64,000 bases of DNA. Source: Treponema sp. GTDB taxonomy: Bacteria > Spirochaetota > Spirochaetia > Treponematales > Breznakiellaceae. Made by a program: the position numbers and the translations under genes. The notes below the pieces were generated by a model. The model saw only the letters and a program-made list of their open reading frames with translations, made no database searches and was not told the DNA's origin. The DNA lies in NCBI GenBank assembly GCA_031276295.1, contig JAISNI010000215.1, positions 2,285 to 66,284 of the forward strand, written 5' to 3'. Each line of letters opens with the position of its first letter. Within the stretch, counting starts at the first letter, position 1. This document shows positions 1 through 8,882 of this stretch, piece after piece.

Positions 1-1619
1 TTGAAAAGCCCGATGCCGTAGTTTATATGTACCACGTAGTCGCCGGGATTAAGCTCCACGAAGGTATCTATGGCCGCGCTCCTCACGGTTTTGAGGGACG
101 GGGGGCTGTGCTTCCTGCGGCCGAACAGTTCGCTTTCCCCCACCAGCATCAGTTTGATGTCGGGCAGGGCAAAACCCGCGGAAACGGGGACGGCCTGTAC
201 GGAAAGCCCGGAAGCCGGGGGCTGAGTTTCCTGCCGGGCCGGGCGCCGGGGAAGCGTCCGTCCGTCAGGAGTTTTGCCTCCCTGTTGGGCCGGGGGCCGG
301 GGGCCGTCCAGGTCTCTCAGCAATTCCGTGATGCGCCCCGCCTGCACGTCTGATTCGGCGGCTATCACGATTTCCCAGCCCTGCTGCAGGAGGGCGCCGA
401 ATTCTTCTTTTACATAGTTGATGTTGCCGAAAAAACTCCTCGGCGGATCGCACTGGGCCGAGATCCGCGGCGTGTCTTCACCGGCGGTACTCTTTAAGTT
501 TAAAAAGGAAACCCGCCGGTCCAGGTCGCGGGCAAGTTCCTCAAAATTGAGCAGTATCCTTTCGGGCACGGGGATTTCCTGTAGGTAATCCGTATTCCCG
601 CCCGCGTCCCCCTGCACGGCACGGCGTATCTTCCGGTAGACGCTCTGGTATTCCCTGTTCAGGATTTCCTGCGCGTTTGTAAGCCGTTCCCAGTCCAGAA
701 AGAACGCCGTGGCACCGGGCCCCAGGTAATCCGTCAGGGTAAAGGGCGTAAAATACGGGGCCCCCTTCCGCCTGCCTTCCCTGAACGCGAAGGGAAAGAG
801 CAGCTCCTCCCCGACGGAGGCCCCTTTGCTCATAAGGCTTTCCAGGATAGCCCGCCCGCCCGTGGGGAATTCCTCAAAAGCCGCGAGGTTTTCGCTGAGG
901 GCGTCTATACGTTCGTCCGTCCATATCACTTCCTTGCCGGGCCGTATCAGTATCTCGGATACCTTTTCCTGGCCGCTCTGATCGATAGGATCAAAACGCT
1001 TTATGGACTCAACCTTGTCAAAGTCGAAGAGGATGCGGTACGCCTTGTCGTCCCCGCCCATAAGGATGTCGAGCACCTCCCCCCGCAGGGCGAATTCCCC
1101 GTGAACCTGTACTTTGGGCACGCGGGTATAGCCGTAACTTACCAGCAAGCCCTGGAGGGCGCCGGTATCTATGGCCCCGCCCGTTTTTACGGTAACGATC
1201 CGGCTGCGCAGGTAATCCGGCGGGGGGAGGGGGGTGAGCAGGGAACGCTGGGGGGTTATGATAAGATCCGGCGCGCCTACGGCCAGGGAACAGAGCACCT
1301 TGGTACGCTCGCCGAAGACGGCGGAAACGGGGGCCGTTTCCCGGTAGGGCATACCCCACCAGGGGAAGAACCGGGCGCGGCAGCCCGCGGTTTCCAGATC
1401 GCGCTCAAGTATCCGGCCGTCCAATTCCGTGGGGACAACCACCAGGAAGGGGCCGGTTTCCGCTTTAAAAAGCGCCGCAAGAAGAAAGGCAATCAGGGAG
1501 CCTTCCGCGGCTTCAATTTCCAGGGGGAAGCGTCCCGCACCGAAGGCGCTGAGGATACGGCTTATACCCTGGGACGAGGCTATTCTTTTAAGGTAAGGCG
1601 GGAAGGATAAAGTTTTCAT
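1..1619 (-). CDS. mfd: Transcription-repair coupling factor Mfd, N-terminal ~539 codons (remainder lies beyond window start)
   Basis: Reverse-strand ATG at 1619-1617. My own translation stays open to position 1; the ORF is absent from the track because it has no stop in the window. It begins MKTLSFPPYLKRI, continues through a UvrB-like N-terminal region, and at the window edge reads PGDYVVHINYGIGLF, the Mfd RNAP-interaction/CarD-like motif. Confidence 0.85.
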   Translation of the reverse strand, partial: MKTLSFPPYLKRIASSQGISRILSAFGAGRFPLEIEAAEGSLIAFLLAALFKAETGPFLVVVPTELDGRILERDLETAGCRARFFPWWGMPYRETAPVSAVFGERTKVLCSLAVGAPDLIITPQRSLLTPLPPPDYLRSRIVTVKTGGAIDTGALQGLLVSYGYTRVPKVQVHGEFALRGEVLDILMGGDDKAYRILFDFDKVESIKRFDPIDQSGQEKVSEILIRPGKEVIWTDERIDALSENLAAFEEFPTGGRAILESLMSKGASVGEELLFPFAFREGRRKGAPYFTPFTLTDYLGPGATAFFLDWERLTNAQEILNREYQSVYRKIRRAVQGDAGGNTDYLQEIPVPERILLNFEELARDLDRRVSFLNLKSTAGEDTPRISAQCDPPRSFFGNINYVKEEFGALLQQGWEIVIAAESDVQAGRITELLRDLDGPRPPAQQGGKTPDGRTLPRRPARQETQPPASGLSVQAVPVSAGFALPDIKLMLVGESELFGRRKHSPPSLKTVRSAAIDTFVELNPGDYVVHINYGIGLF

Positions 1620-1787
1620 GACAATTTACCGATAATACTACATATTGAAGTCAAAGTCGAGGCGATTCTAACGGGGTTGTTTCCGGTTTGGGCAAAGCCC
1701 CGCACAGCCCTTGAATCGTTTTTAAGGTAGGATGAGTACAAGGACCCTTGTCAAACCTTACCCGGCGGACTAAAATAGGGAGTATAG

Positions 1788-2804
1788 GTGAACCAGATAA
1801 AACGAATCATTATACTGCTTGCCCTTTTAGTTGGTATCCTTCTTGTAGCGACCGCCGCGTCATCCCCGGCGGCCGGGGGTGATGTCGGTTTCAGCATCCG
1901 GTACTTTGATAAAAAAGTCTATCATATATCAGACGATGCGGATGATCCTATCTATGTGCTCATGACTATCTCCAATAACGGTCCTGCTACCTACCGGTTC
2001 AAACTGGCGGAAGAACGGAGTTTTTCCGTCGATTTTGACGTGAGGACCCTGAAGAACCGGCCTGTTGAGCTTTCCGACCGGCTTATAGAGCGGAGAAATC
2101 AGAAACAGCAGATTTTTTTCCGCGAGATTACCATTGAGACAGGCGAATCCTTCTCTTTTGTGGAAAACATCCGCGATTACGCCGCGCTCAGGGAACCCGG
2201 TTCCTTTATTGTCCAGGCAAAGATATTCCCCGAACTTTTCCGTCCTGAAAACGCGGGCTTAAACGGCAGTGATTCCGTTCCTTCGGCCCTTCCCATCCTG
2301 TCAAACCGTCTTTCCCTTAACCTGCGTCCTCCCCAGCTCAGAGGCCCCGACGGTATCCCCGTCATCATGGACGATGAAACCAATATGCCCCTTGTGCGGG
2401 AAAAGCTGTCGCCGGATAAGGTGGTGGAGTATTTTCTTACGGCGAGACAGAATAACGAGTGGGAGAAATTCTTTCTCTACCTGGACCTGGAAGCCCTCTA
2501 TACCAGGGAAGCCGGCAGGCGGCGTCAGTGGCAGCGGGAATCCGCGGAATCAAGACAGGCCATTCTGGGGCGGTTCCGCCGGGAGATACAGAGCGGCAGC
2601 ACGGACAGGGATTTTTCCTATGTGCCGGTACAATTTACGATAGAAAAGACCGAGTATGACGCGCGTGAAGCCCAGGTCGGCGTTACCGAACAGTTCAAGC
2701 CGGGTGATTTCTACGAAAGAATGCGCTACACGTATAAACTCCGCCGTAAGGATGAATATTGGTTTATCGTTGACTATACGGTCTCTGATTTCGTAACCAG
2801 ATAA
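1788..2804 (+). CDS. Hypothetical exported protein (N-terminal signal/anchor, family not recognised)
   Basis: 338-aa ORF with a GTG start. The hydrophobic N-terminus is IIILLALLVGILLVATAASS. No motif recognised. Confidence 0.55.
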   Translation: MNQIKRIIILLALLVGILLVATAASSPAAGGDVGFSIRYFDKKVYHISDDADDPIYVLMTISNNGPATYRFKLAEERSFSVDFDVRTLKNRPVELSDRLIERRNQKQQIFFREITIETGESFSFVENIRDYAALREPGSFIVQAKIFPELFRPENAGLNGSDSVPSALPILSNRLSLNLRPPQLRGPDGIPVIMDDETNMPLVREKLSPDKVVEYFLTARQNNEWEKFFLYLDLEALYTREAGRRRQWQRESAESRQAILGRFRREIQSGSTDRDFSYVPVQFTIEKTEYDAREAQVGVTEQFKPGDFYERMRYTYKLRRKDEYWFIVDYTVSDFVTR

Positions 2805-2819
2805 CGGGCAGCGGTTTAT

Positions 2820-3581
2820 ATGAAATTGCTTTTGATCCTCGAATCGGATGAGGTTTATAATGTGATCGCCTTATATGTTAAGGCCCTGGGTTTTGAATTC
2901 ATCCGGTATCATAGTGTTATCAAGGCTATGGACAACATCGACGAGGTAAGCCCCCATGCGATTATTGTAAGCGCGAAAGATTTTCCGCGGCACTGGAAGA
3001 TCATCGTTCAGTTTGTCCGTTCCCAGCGGTCTAAAGAGAGCTGTCCCATTATCGTGCTTAAAGGAAATAATTTTGCCCTGGAAGAAACTTCCAAGGCTTA
3101 TTATTTAGGGGTGAACGGCGTCGTTCCCGAAGCCCTGGATAACAGGCAGGAGATCAGCCAGTTACAGAATATATTGGGCCGTTACATACCGGTTGATGAA
3201 AAGCGCAGGGCCCAGCGTTATCAGCCTGACGAGTGGAGCCGCTTCGGTTTTGTGCTTATAAGTCCGGGAGAGCGGAGCATCATCACCGGAGCAGTAAAGA
3301 CCATATCCGCGACGGGCATATCCTTTTGCCCGGATTATTCGGCGTGGACAAAAGACATAAGGCTCAATATGGAATTAAGCGAATGCAGCCTCCGCGTGGG
3401 GGATCAGATACTCTCTCCGGTATGCCGGCTGGTAAGAACGGGCCGGATCATTTCATTTGAGTTTACCTCCTTTCCTCAAGACGAACAGTCCCACCTCAAT
3501 TCCTACCTTGAAGACCTGCCGCTTAAGGAACTGAAAGCCAAGCGGCAGAAAGCCGCTGCCGCGGCCGGTAATAAAGGATGA
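2820..3581 (+). CDS. Receiver-like (probably pseudo-receiver) plus PilZ domain protein, putative c-di-GMP effector
   Basis: The N-terminus has a CheY-like alternating pattern (MKLLLILESDE...AIIVSAKDFP...PIIVLKG). The C-terminus carries PilZ signatures RRAQRY (RxxxR) and TISATGISF (D/NxSxxG-like). Confidence 0.65.
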   Translation: MKLLLILESDEVYNVIALYVKALGFEFIRYHSVIKAMDNIDEVSPHAIIVSAKDFPRHWKIIVQFVRSQRSKESCPIIVLKGNNFALEETSKAYYLGVNGVVPEALDNRQEISQLQNILGRYIPVDEKRRAQRYQPDEWSRFGFVLISPGERSIITGAVKTISATGISFCPDYSAWTKDIRLNMELSECSLRVGDQILSPVCRLVRTGRIISFEFTSFPQDEQSHLNSYLEDLPLKELKAKRQKAAAAAGNKG

Positions 3582-3587
3582 GCGCGT

Positions 3588-4274
3588 TCATTGCCTGCCG
3601 TTGCGGAAAAAGTTCACGATACGCTCCGTGAAGAGTATGCCGAAGACGCCTAAGAGGGCGGTGATCAGAAACAGCACGAGCAGTTGAAGCCAGTCTCCGC
3701 GCGCGGCGGAAGCGCCCATCATGGTGGAGCTCAGTATGGTAGGGATGCGGGCAAATGCGGAGATAAGTATAAAAGACGAAACGTTAAAACCGCTTAAAGG
3801 GACGAGGTAGGTGAGCATATCCTTGGGTGTGCCGGGGATTAAGAATAAGACAAAGATGGTCAGGGCGGTCTTCTTCCTGTCCCGGAGGAAGCCGAATTTT
3901 TCCATATCTTTTTGTTTAAAAAAACGGAGGAACGGCAGGCATCCGAATCTTTTGACCAGCCTGAATACCACGAGCGAGGAAGCGGCGCAGCCCGCAAGAC
4001 AGATGCCGAGGCCGCCGAAAGCGCCATAGGCCGCGCCTGCCAGCATCTCTACAGGTTCACCCGGGATGACCGCGATTACAATCTGCAAGAACTGTATGCC
4101 GAACATGACGGTAACGCCCTTGAAGCCGAGCCGTGCAATCCACGCGCTGAATGCGCTACGGTATACAGGGTCGCGGAGCTTGCCGATGAAAGGCCAGGAG
4201 GCAAGGCAGAGCGCCGCCGTAAGCGCGGCAAAGAGGGCGATGAATACTATAAAACGGCGTTTGGCTTTTTCCAC
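3588..4274 (-). CDS. TVP38/TMEM64 (DedA-related) family membrane protein
   Basis: 228 aa and multi-TM. VIPGEPVEMLAGAAYG is typical of the SNARE-associated/TVP38 family. Confidence 0.7.
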   Translation of the reverse strand: MEKAKRRFIVFIALFAALTAALCLASWPFIGKLRDPVYRSAFSAWIARLGFKGVTVMFGIQFLQIVIAVIPGEPVEMLAGAAYGAFGGLGICLAGCAASSLVVFRLVKRFGCLPFLRFFKQKDMEKFGFLRDRKKTALTIFVLFLIPGTPKDMLTYLVPLSGFNVSSFILISAFARIPTILSSTMMGASAARGDWLQLLVLFLITALLGVFGILFTERIVNFFRNGRQ

Positions 4275-4283
4275 GGTTATCTT

Positions 4284-5090
4284 TTAGACGCGTCTTTGCC
4301 CGAACGAACGGAAAAAATTTTCCTCGATGCTCTGTTCAAGTTCCCGCTCCCCTTCCGCGCCGCCTGCTTCCCGCCTGAGCACCGCGGCCTGTTTCAGCAG
4401 CAGCGGAAGATCCTCCCCGTGCGAGTAGGCCCTGTTCCGCAGCGGCTGATAGGGGGCGTCGGTTTCGAGGAGCAGCCGGTCGGCGGGGAAAACCGCGCAG
4501 CAGCGCATAGCCTCCTTGTGGTTGAGAAGCAGGGCCGAGCCGAAGGAAAAGTAGGCATTGATCCCCCGTTTAAGAAGCGATTCGCCTTCAAAGCGGGTTC
4601 CCGGCCAGGAATGGAAGATCAGGGCGGGGAGGGAGCGCAGCTTTTTCGTGTAGGCGAAAACCTTGTGCATGGCCCTGCGTACATGCAGAACCAGGGGAAG
4701 GCCCCGGTTCAAGGCGGTTTCCAGATGAACCCTAAAGAGTTCCTCCTGAAGGGCTTCGGTCCCCTTAAAGCGTTCGTCGTAGAGATCAAAGCCGGTTTCG
4801 CCTACCGCGTCAAGCCTGCCCTCCGCGGCAAGGCCGCCGAGATACGTGAGGAGCTCCTCCAGCCGCGCCCGCGGCGCCGAGGCGGGCAGTTGGGGGTGAA
4901 CGGCAAAGCAGCGGAGGAGGGGAGGGTCGCCGGCCTTTCCCGCCAGGGCCTCGTGGTACTGAAACTGTTCCGGGTTCCAGGCGCTCGCGGCGCAGGCGGG
5001 GCCTGCGGGCCCCAAACGGCGGTATGCGTCTTCGGCTTCGGGAAATTGTGTGAAGAGGTCCCAGGGGTGGCAGTGGGCGTCGGTCAACAT
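4284..5090 (-). CDS. tatD: TatD-family metal-dependent hydrolase
   Basis: Motifs: MLTDAHCHPWD, GETGFDLY, LHVR, ETDAPY. The gene lies 9 bp upstream of the TVP38 gene on the same strand. Confidence 0.85.
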   Translation of the reverse strand: MLTDAHCHPWDLFTQFPEAEDAYRRLGPAGPACAASAWNPEQFQYHEALAGKAGDPPLLRCFAVHPQLPASAPRARLEELLTYLGGLAAEGRLDAVGETGFDLYDERFKGTEALQEELFRVHLETALNRGLPLVLHVRRAMHKVFAYTKKLRSLPALIFHSWPGTRFEGESLLKRGINAYFSFGSALLLNHKEAMRCCAVFPADRLLLETDAPYQPLRNRAYSHGEDLPLLLKQAAVLRREAGGAEGERELEQSIEENFFRSFGQRRV

Positions 5091-5122
5091 GGGAATAGTA
5101 TACCAAAAAATGCCGGGATTTC

Positions 5123-5160
5123 CTAGCAGCCTGCCGCGCTGAAGCGCAACAAACTACTAT
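5123..5160 (-). repeat. CTAG-bounded hairpin repeat, short form (copy F)
   Basis: Sequence is CTAGCAGCCTGCCGCGCTGAAGCGCAACAAACTACTAT. It is the reverse-orientation counterpart of copy E (50468-50505) and shares its ends with the long copies. Confidence 0.7.
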
Positions 5161-5356
5161 AATATAAAACGTCCGCCCTGTAATCTTTTTTTTGAAAAAA
5201 AATATCGTTTTTTATGGAAATTTCTTGCCTTTCCTTGACAAAATCCTTAATTTAGGGCAATGTACGCACGTTATAAGTGAATTTATCGTAACTATTTACT
5301 ATACAATTAAATGATAATTTGACGATAATTTGATAATTATAGGAGAGGGGGCCGTA

Positions 5357-5713
5357 TTGGAACAGGATTTTTTATCGCGGATGGAAAAGTCCCTGATAAA
5401 TCTCAAACAGGAGATTGTTTCTAATTTAATCAATGGAAATGAGGACTTCAAGGAAATAGTTGAGGGCATGGACTCGAAAGATCTTGCGGATATCGCGTCG
5501 GATGATATAGACCGGAAGATGATCGCGGCCATTGGTTCCCAGGAGCTTAAACGGCTGCGGCTGATAGAATCGGCCCTTACCAGGATTCAGCAGGGTAAGT
5601 ACGGCCTGTGTATCAAATGCGGCAAACGCATTCCGCAGGATAGGCTTGAGGCCATTCCCTATGCGCTTATGTGCATCGAATGTAAAACCGCCGAGGAAAG
5701 GCGCAATCGTTAA
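5357..5713 (+). CDS. DksA/TraR-family C4 zinc-finger protein
   Basis: CIKCGKRIPQDRLEAIPYALMCIECK is a CxxC-N17-CxxC finger. AGGAGAGGGGG (5341-5351) precedes an in-frame TTG at 5357. The track ORF starts at 5330, and an ATG at 5381 is an alternative start. Confidence 0.75.
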   Translation: MEQDFLSRMEKSLINLKQEIVSNLINGNEDFKEIVEGMDSKDLADIASDDIDRKMIAAIGSQELKRLRLIESALTRIQQGKYGLCIKCGKRIPQDRLEAIPYALMCIECKTAEERRNR

Positions 5714-5908
5714 GGGCCCGTCAATCCGGCTGTTGGTTGTGCTGCCGGTGATTATAGTTACCCTTATCCTTGATTGCCCAGCAGTTCTTTAAATTTAAAA
5801 CCGACGAGTTAAAAAAGTACGCCGAAAATCAATGGACCCTCCTGGTGGAAAACAACTACGCGGGCCGCGATGATATGGTAGGCGCCGCCAGGAACGCGGT
5901 GGAACTCT

Positions 5909-7258
5909 ATGCCCGCAGCATCCTCCTCAAGCGATACGGAGATTATCTTTGCGGTCAATGAAAGAGGGGAAGATGCCATGTCGACATCCCCGCTTGAGAT
6001 AAGCGCCGAAGAGCGGGAGTGGCTTTTTGCCCTTTTGCAACGGGAGGACGAGGGCATGATGAGCGCCGTGCTTGGCGGGAAGATGCGGGTGTTCAGGGCC
6101 TTTTTCTTTACGCCCTTCGGCTGGTACATTGCCGTCTCCGAGGAAAAATCCGTATTTTTTAGCGATGCGGAAAAGATACGTTTTCAGACGGCGGTTACGG
6201 TACTTGCCGCCGGCCTTGCGGCGGCGCTGCTTCTTATATTCTTTACCCGCCGCCTGACGCGGCCTGTCTCCCATGTGGTCGATTCCATGAACACCATCAT
6301 AGACTTTTCAGGCAGGGTGGAGGTTGAATACGACGACGAAACCGGCGTCCTTGCCGGAACTTTCAACGTTATGATCGCGGAGCTTGAGAAACTATACAAA
6401 CAGATCAAGCGTTATGCCTTTGAGGCCGTACTGGCGGGGAAAAAGGAACTGCGTATACGGCAGATATCCCAAAAGTACGTTCCCAAGGACCTTATCGACA
6501 AATTTTTTGCCGCGCCGGAAGCCATGCTTGTGGGGGACAACCGTGATATAACCATACTCTTTTCGGATATACGGAGCTTCACAACCATTTCCGAGTCCAT
6601 GGCCCCCGACGATCTGGTTCATTCGCTTAACCGTTACTTTTCGGGGCAGGTTGACATTATCATGAACCGGAACGGCATAGTAGACAAGTACATAGGGGAC
6701 GCGATTATGGCTTTCTGGGGCGCACCGGTAAAACATGCCGACGATGCCCTCCAGTCTATCCTTTCGGGCCTTGATATGATCGATGCCTTGGAGGGCTTCA
6801 ACGAACATCAGCGCGGGATAGGTAAGATAGGTAAGCCCGAATTCCATATCGGCATAGGCATCAACTATGGGATAGTAACGGTCGGCAACATAGGCAGCGA
6901 ACGGAAGATGGACTATACGGTTATAGGGGACGCGGTAAACCTTGCGTCCCCTATGGAAGGGCTGACAAAAACCTACCGGGTCGGGATTCTTATCTCTGAA
7001 TTCCTCTATCAGGAAATTGAAAAAAGCCCGCACGGCCTCTCCGTGCGTCTTTTGGATACGGTAGCGGTCAAGGGAAAAACCCGCGGGATTAAAATCTATA
7101 CGGTAAAGCGCTCTCTTATGCCGGATGAGGAAAGAGCCTGGCCGCTTCACAACGAGGGGATGGAACTCTCTACCGCCGTTCTTTCAGGGAAGCCTCCGCA
7201 AAGTTCCATCAGACGCTGGAATTACTGCCCGATGATTTTAACGCGGCTAATCTGCTAG
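5909..7258 (+). CDS. Class III adenylate/guanylate cyclase with TM and HAMP-like linker; the reading frame appears disrupted at both ends (possible pseudogene)
   Basis: Cyclase motifs ILFSDIRSFTTISE and DKYIGDAIMAFWGAP follow a TM segment (VLAAGLAAALLLIFF). Protein-like sequence continues upstream in two other frames and downstream in another frame (see findings). Confidence 0.75.
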   Translation: MPAASSSSDTEIIFAVNERGEDAMSTSPLEISAEEREWLFALLQREDEGMMSAVLGGKMRVFRAFFFTPFGWYIAVSEEKSVFFSDAEKIRFQTAVTVLAAGLAAALLLIFFTRRLTRPVSHVVDSMNTIIDFSGRVEVEYDDETGVLAGTFNVMIAELEKLYKQIKRYAFEAVLAGKKELRIRQISQKYVPKDLIDKFFAAPEAMLVGDNRDITILFSDIRSFTTISESMAPDDLVHSLNRYFSGQVDIIMNRNGIVDKYIGDAIMAFWGAPVKHADDALQSILSGLDMIDALEGFNEHQRGIGKIGKPEFHIGIGINYGIVTVGNIGSERKMDYTVIGDAVNLASPMEGLTKTYRVGILISEFLYQEIEKSPHGLSVRLLDTVAVKGKTRGIKIYTVKRSLMPDEERAWPLHNEGMELSTAVLSGKPPQSSIRRWNYCPMILTRLIC

Positions 7259-8049
7259 TCCTTCCAGGGGAAGATAAAACTTTTCAGGGAACGGGTGCCG
7301 GTCTTTTCGCGATCATCAATGAGGAGCGCGTCCCAAGGTACCTTACGGCGGCGGGAGGGGACGTTTTCTTCAGGATTCGCCTCAAGCCAGTCGTATTTAA
7401 GGAGCCTTAACCGCAGGGCTTCGTCCAGGAACAGGAGTATACCGCCGGGGCCCGGGAAGAGCAGGGCGAGGATCGCGGAGAGAACCATGATGATAATGCA
7501 CGCTATCAGGGAAAAGACGCACAGTCCGGGGTTATCGAAGAAAAACACAAAACTTTTTTTAATGATTTTAGCCGGTTTGGTATCAAGGCGGGTCCTGATA
7601 GGAAAGAAAAATTGAAACGACAAAACCGCGACCACGATGGTCCAAAAGATTACGGCCGCAAGGAAAAGCCCCAAAAGTGAATTCATGCCAAGGTAAAAGG
7701 GAATAATAAGATTGGCCAGTATCAGGATAAGAAATACTATAGCCCCCAGGCAGATTCCTGGCAGCCAGGCGGCTTTAAGGTTTGCCCAGAATTCCGCAAA
7801 GCCGAAATTTGAATAATCCGAAACGGCCTTGAGGGACAGCGCGGCGGCGGCAAGATACACGAAACACCAGAGGATGCTTACGGCCATGACCGCAAAGAAA
7901 AGAACCGGTATCCCCTCCAGGAGCGGGGGGATAAAAACGGGAATGGCTATTGATGCGATAAAGCCCAGGTTGATAAGGGCTACTTTGAAGAGATTATCCC
8001 AGAGATCAAAAAACCATTTCTTTATAAGAAAACCAATCATAAGAAGCAC
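7255..8049 (-). CDS. Hypothetical polytopic membrane protein
   Basis: 264 aa with about 6 hydrophobic segments. Its stop overlaps the cyclase stop in the palindrome CTAG (7255-7258). Confidence 0.55.
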   Translation of the reverse strand: MLLMIGFLIKKWFFDLWDNLFKVALINLGFIASIAIPVFIPPLLEGIPVLFFAVMAVSILWCFVYLAAAALSLKAVSDYSNFGFAEFWANLKAAWLPGICLGAIVFLILILANLIIPFYLGMNSLLGLFLAAVIFWTIVVAVLSFQFFFPIRTRLDTKPAKIIKKSFVFFFDNPGLCVFSLIACIIIMVLSAILALLFPGPGGILLFLDEALRLRLLKYDWLEANPEENVPSRRRKVPWDALLIDDREKTGTRSLKSFIFPWKD

Positions 8050-8096
8050 TATACACTATAATCAATATAACCGCAAGTTGCGGAAAGCGGGGCTTA

Positions 8097-8786
8097 TCAG
8101 CGTATCGTCAGTTTAATGCCCGCGCCGAAACGCCAGCCTTCAATGAAAGGCTCGTTTTCGCCGGTCCAGAGTCTGTAGACAGGGAACCAAGCCCGCAGGT
8201 CCAAGCCCAGGAGGAATTTTTCATTCAAGGTAAAGTCAAGCCCCCCTCCCAGCACCGGCAGGAACCAGCGTCCCTGCCCCCAGAAATAATCGCTTACCTT
8301 ACGGGTCTGCTCTGAAGCGTCATCCATTTCATAGCTGTTCAGATCCGCCGCAATAAGGCAAAGCCTCAGATCCGCCGCAAAACCGCCCGATACCCTAAAA
8401 TTTAAAAGACTGTTGATAGGGATGGTTGAAAGGAAATGAATGCCCAGAACAAAACCTAGAACCTGGGTCCAGCGGTTCTCTATGGCAAGGGGGACGGCCC
8501 TTTGCAGGGAATCCGAGTAACCGTAGTTGTTGTAGTAGAGATCCAGCGATGTCTCAAGCGAAGCCGACTTGATAAACGGAAGCGGAAAGGCGACGGCAAG
8601 GCCGAAAACAGGTAAAACCGGTGTGGGATCCGATTCCAGTCCGTTATCCTCCGGCATGACCACTATGGAACCGCGGAATGACCAGAAAATATTTCTCCGC
8701 AAAGAATCGGCATTCAGGGAAACGACAGAGAATGCAAACATAAGAACCGCCGTAACTATTAAACGGCGCGGAAAATCACACTGCAT
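8097..8786 (-). CDS. Hypothetical exported protein, possibly an outer-membrane beta-barrel
   Basis: The track ORF extends to 8975. However, an internal ATG at 8786-8784 gives a signal-peptide-like start, MQCDFPRRLIVTAVLMFAFSVVSLNA. The rest shows an alternating beta-strand-like pattern. Confidence 0.45.
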   Translation of the reverse strand: MQCDFPRRLIVTAVLMFAFSVVSLNADSLRRNIFWSFRGSIVVMPEDNGLESDPTPVLPVFGLAVAFPLPFIKSASLETSLDLYYNNYGYSDSLQRAVPLAIENRWTQVLGFVLGIHFLSTIPINSLLNFRVSGGFAADLRLCLIAADLNSYEMDDASEQTRKVSDYFWGQGRWFLPVLGGGLDFTLNEKFLLGLDLRAWFPVYRLWTGENEPFIEGWRFGAGIKLTIR

Positions 8787-8882
8787 ACCTAACAGTATAA
8801 CACCTCTGGAAAAATTCTTCCAGATATAGTTAAAGAGATTGCCGCCCTTGAAATCCTCGCGAAAACGGCCTAAAGTGGGGGC

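Noticed and set aside
1018-1610. Track ORFs 1101-1610(+), 1018-1359(-), 1277-1492(-), 27-353(+) and 265-453(-).
   Set aside because: All fall within the minus-strand mfd reading frame, which I translated continuously from 1619 to the window edge. Their sequences are not protein-like.
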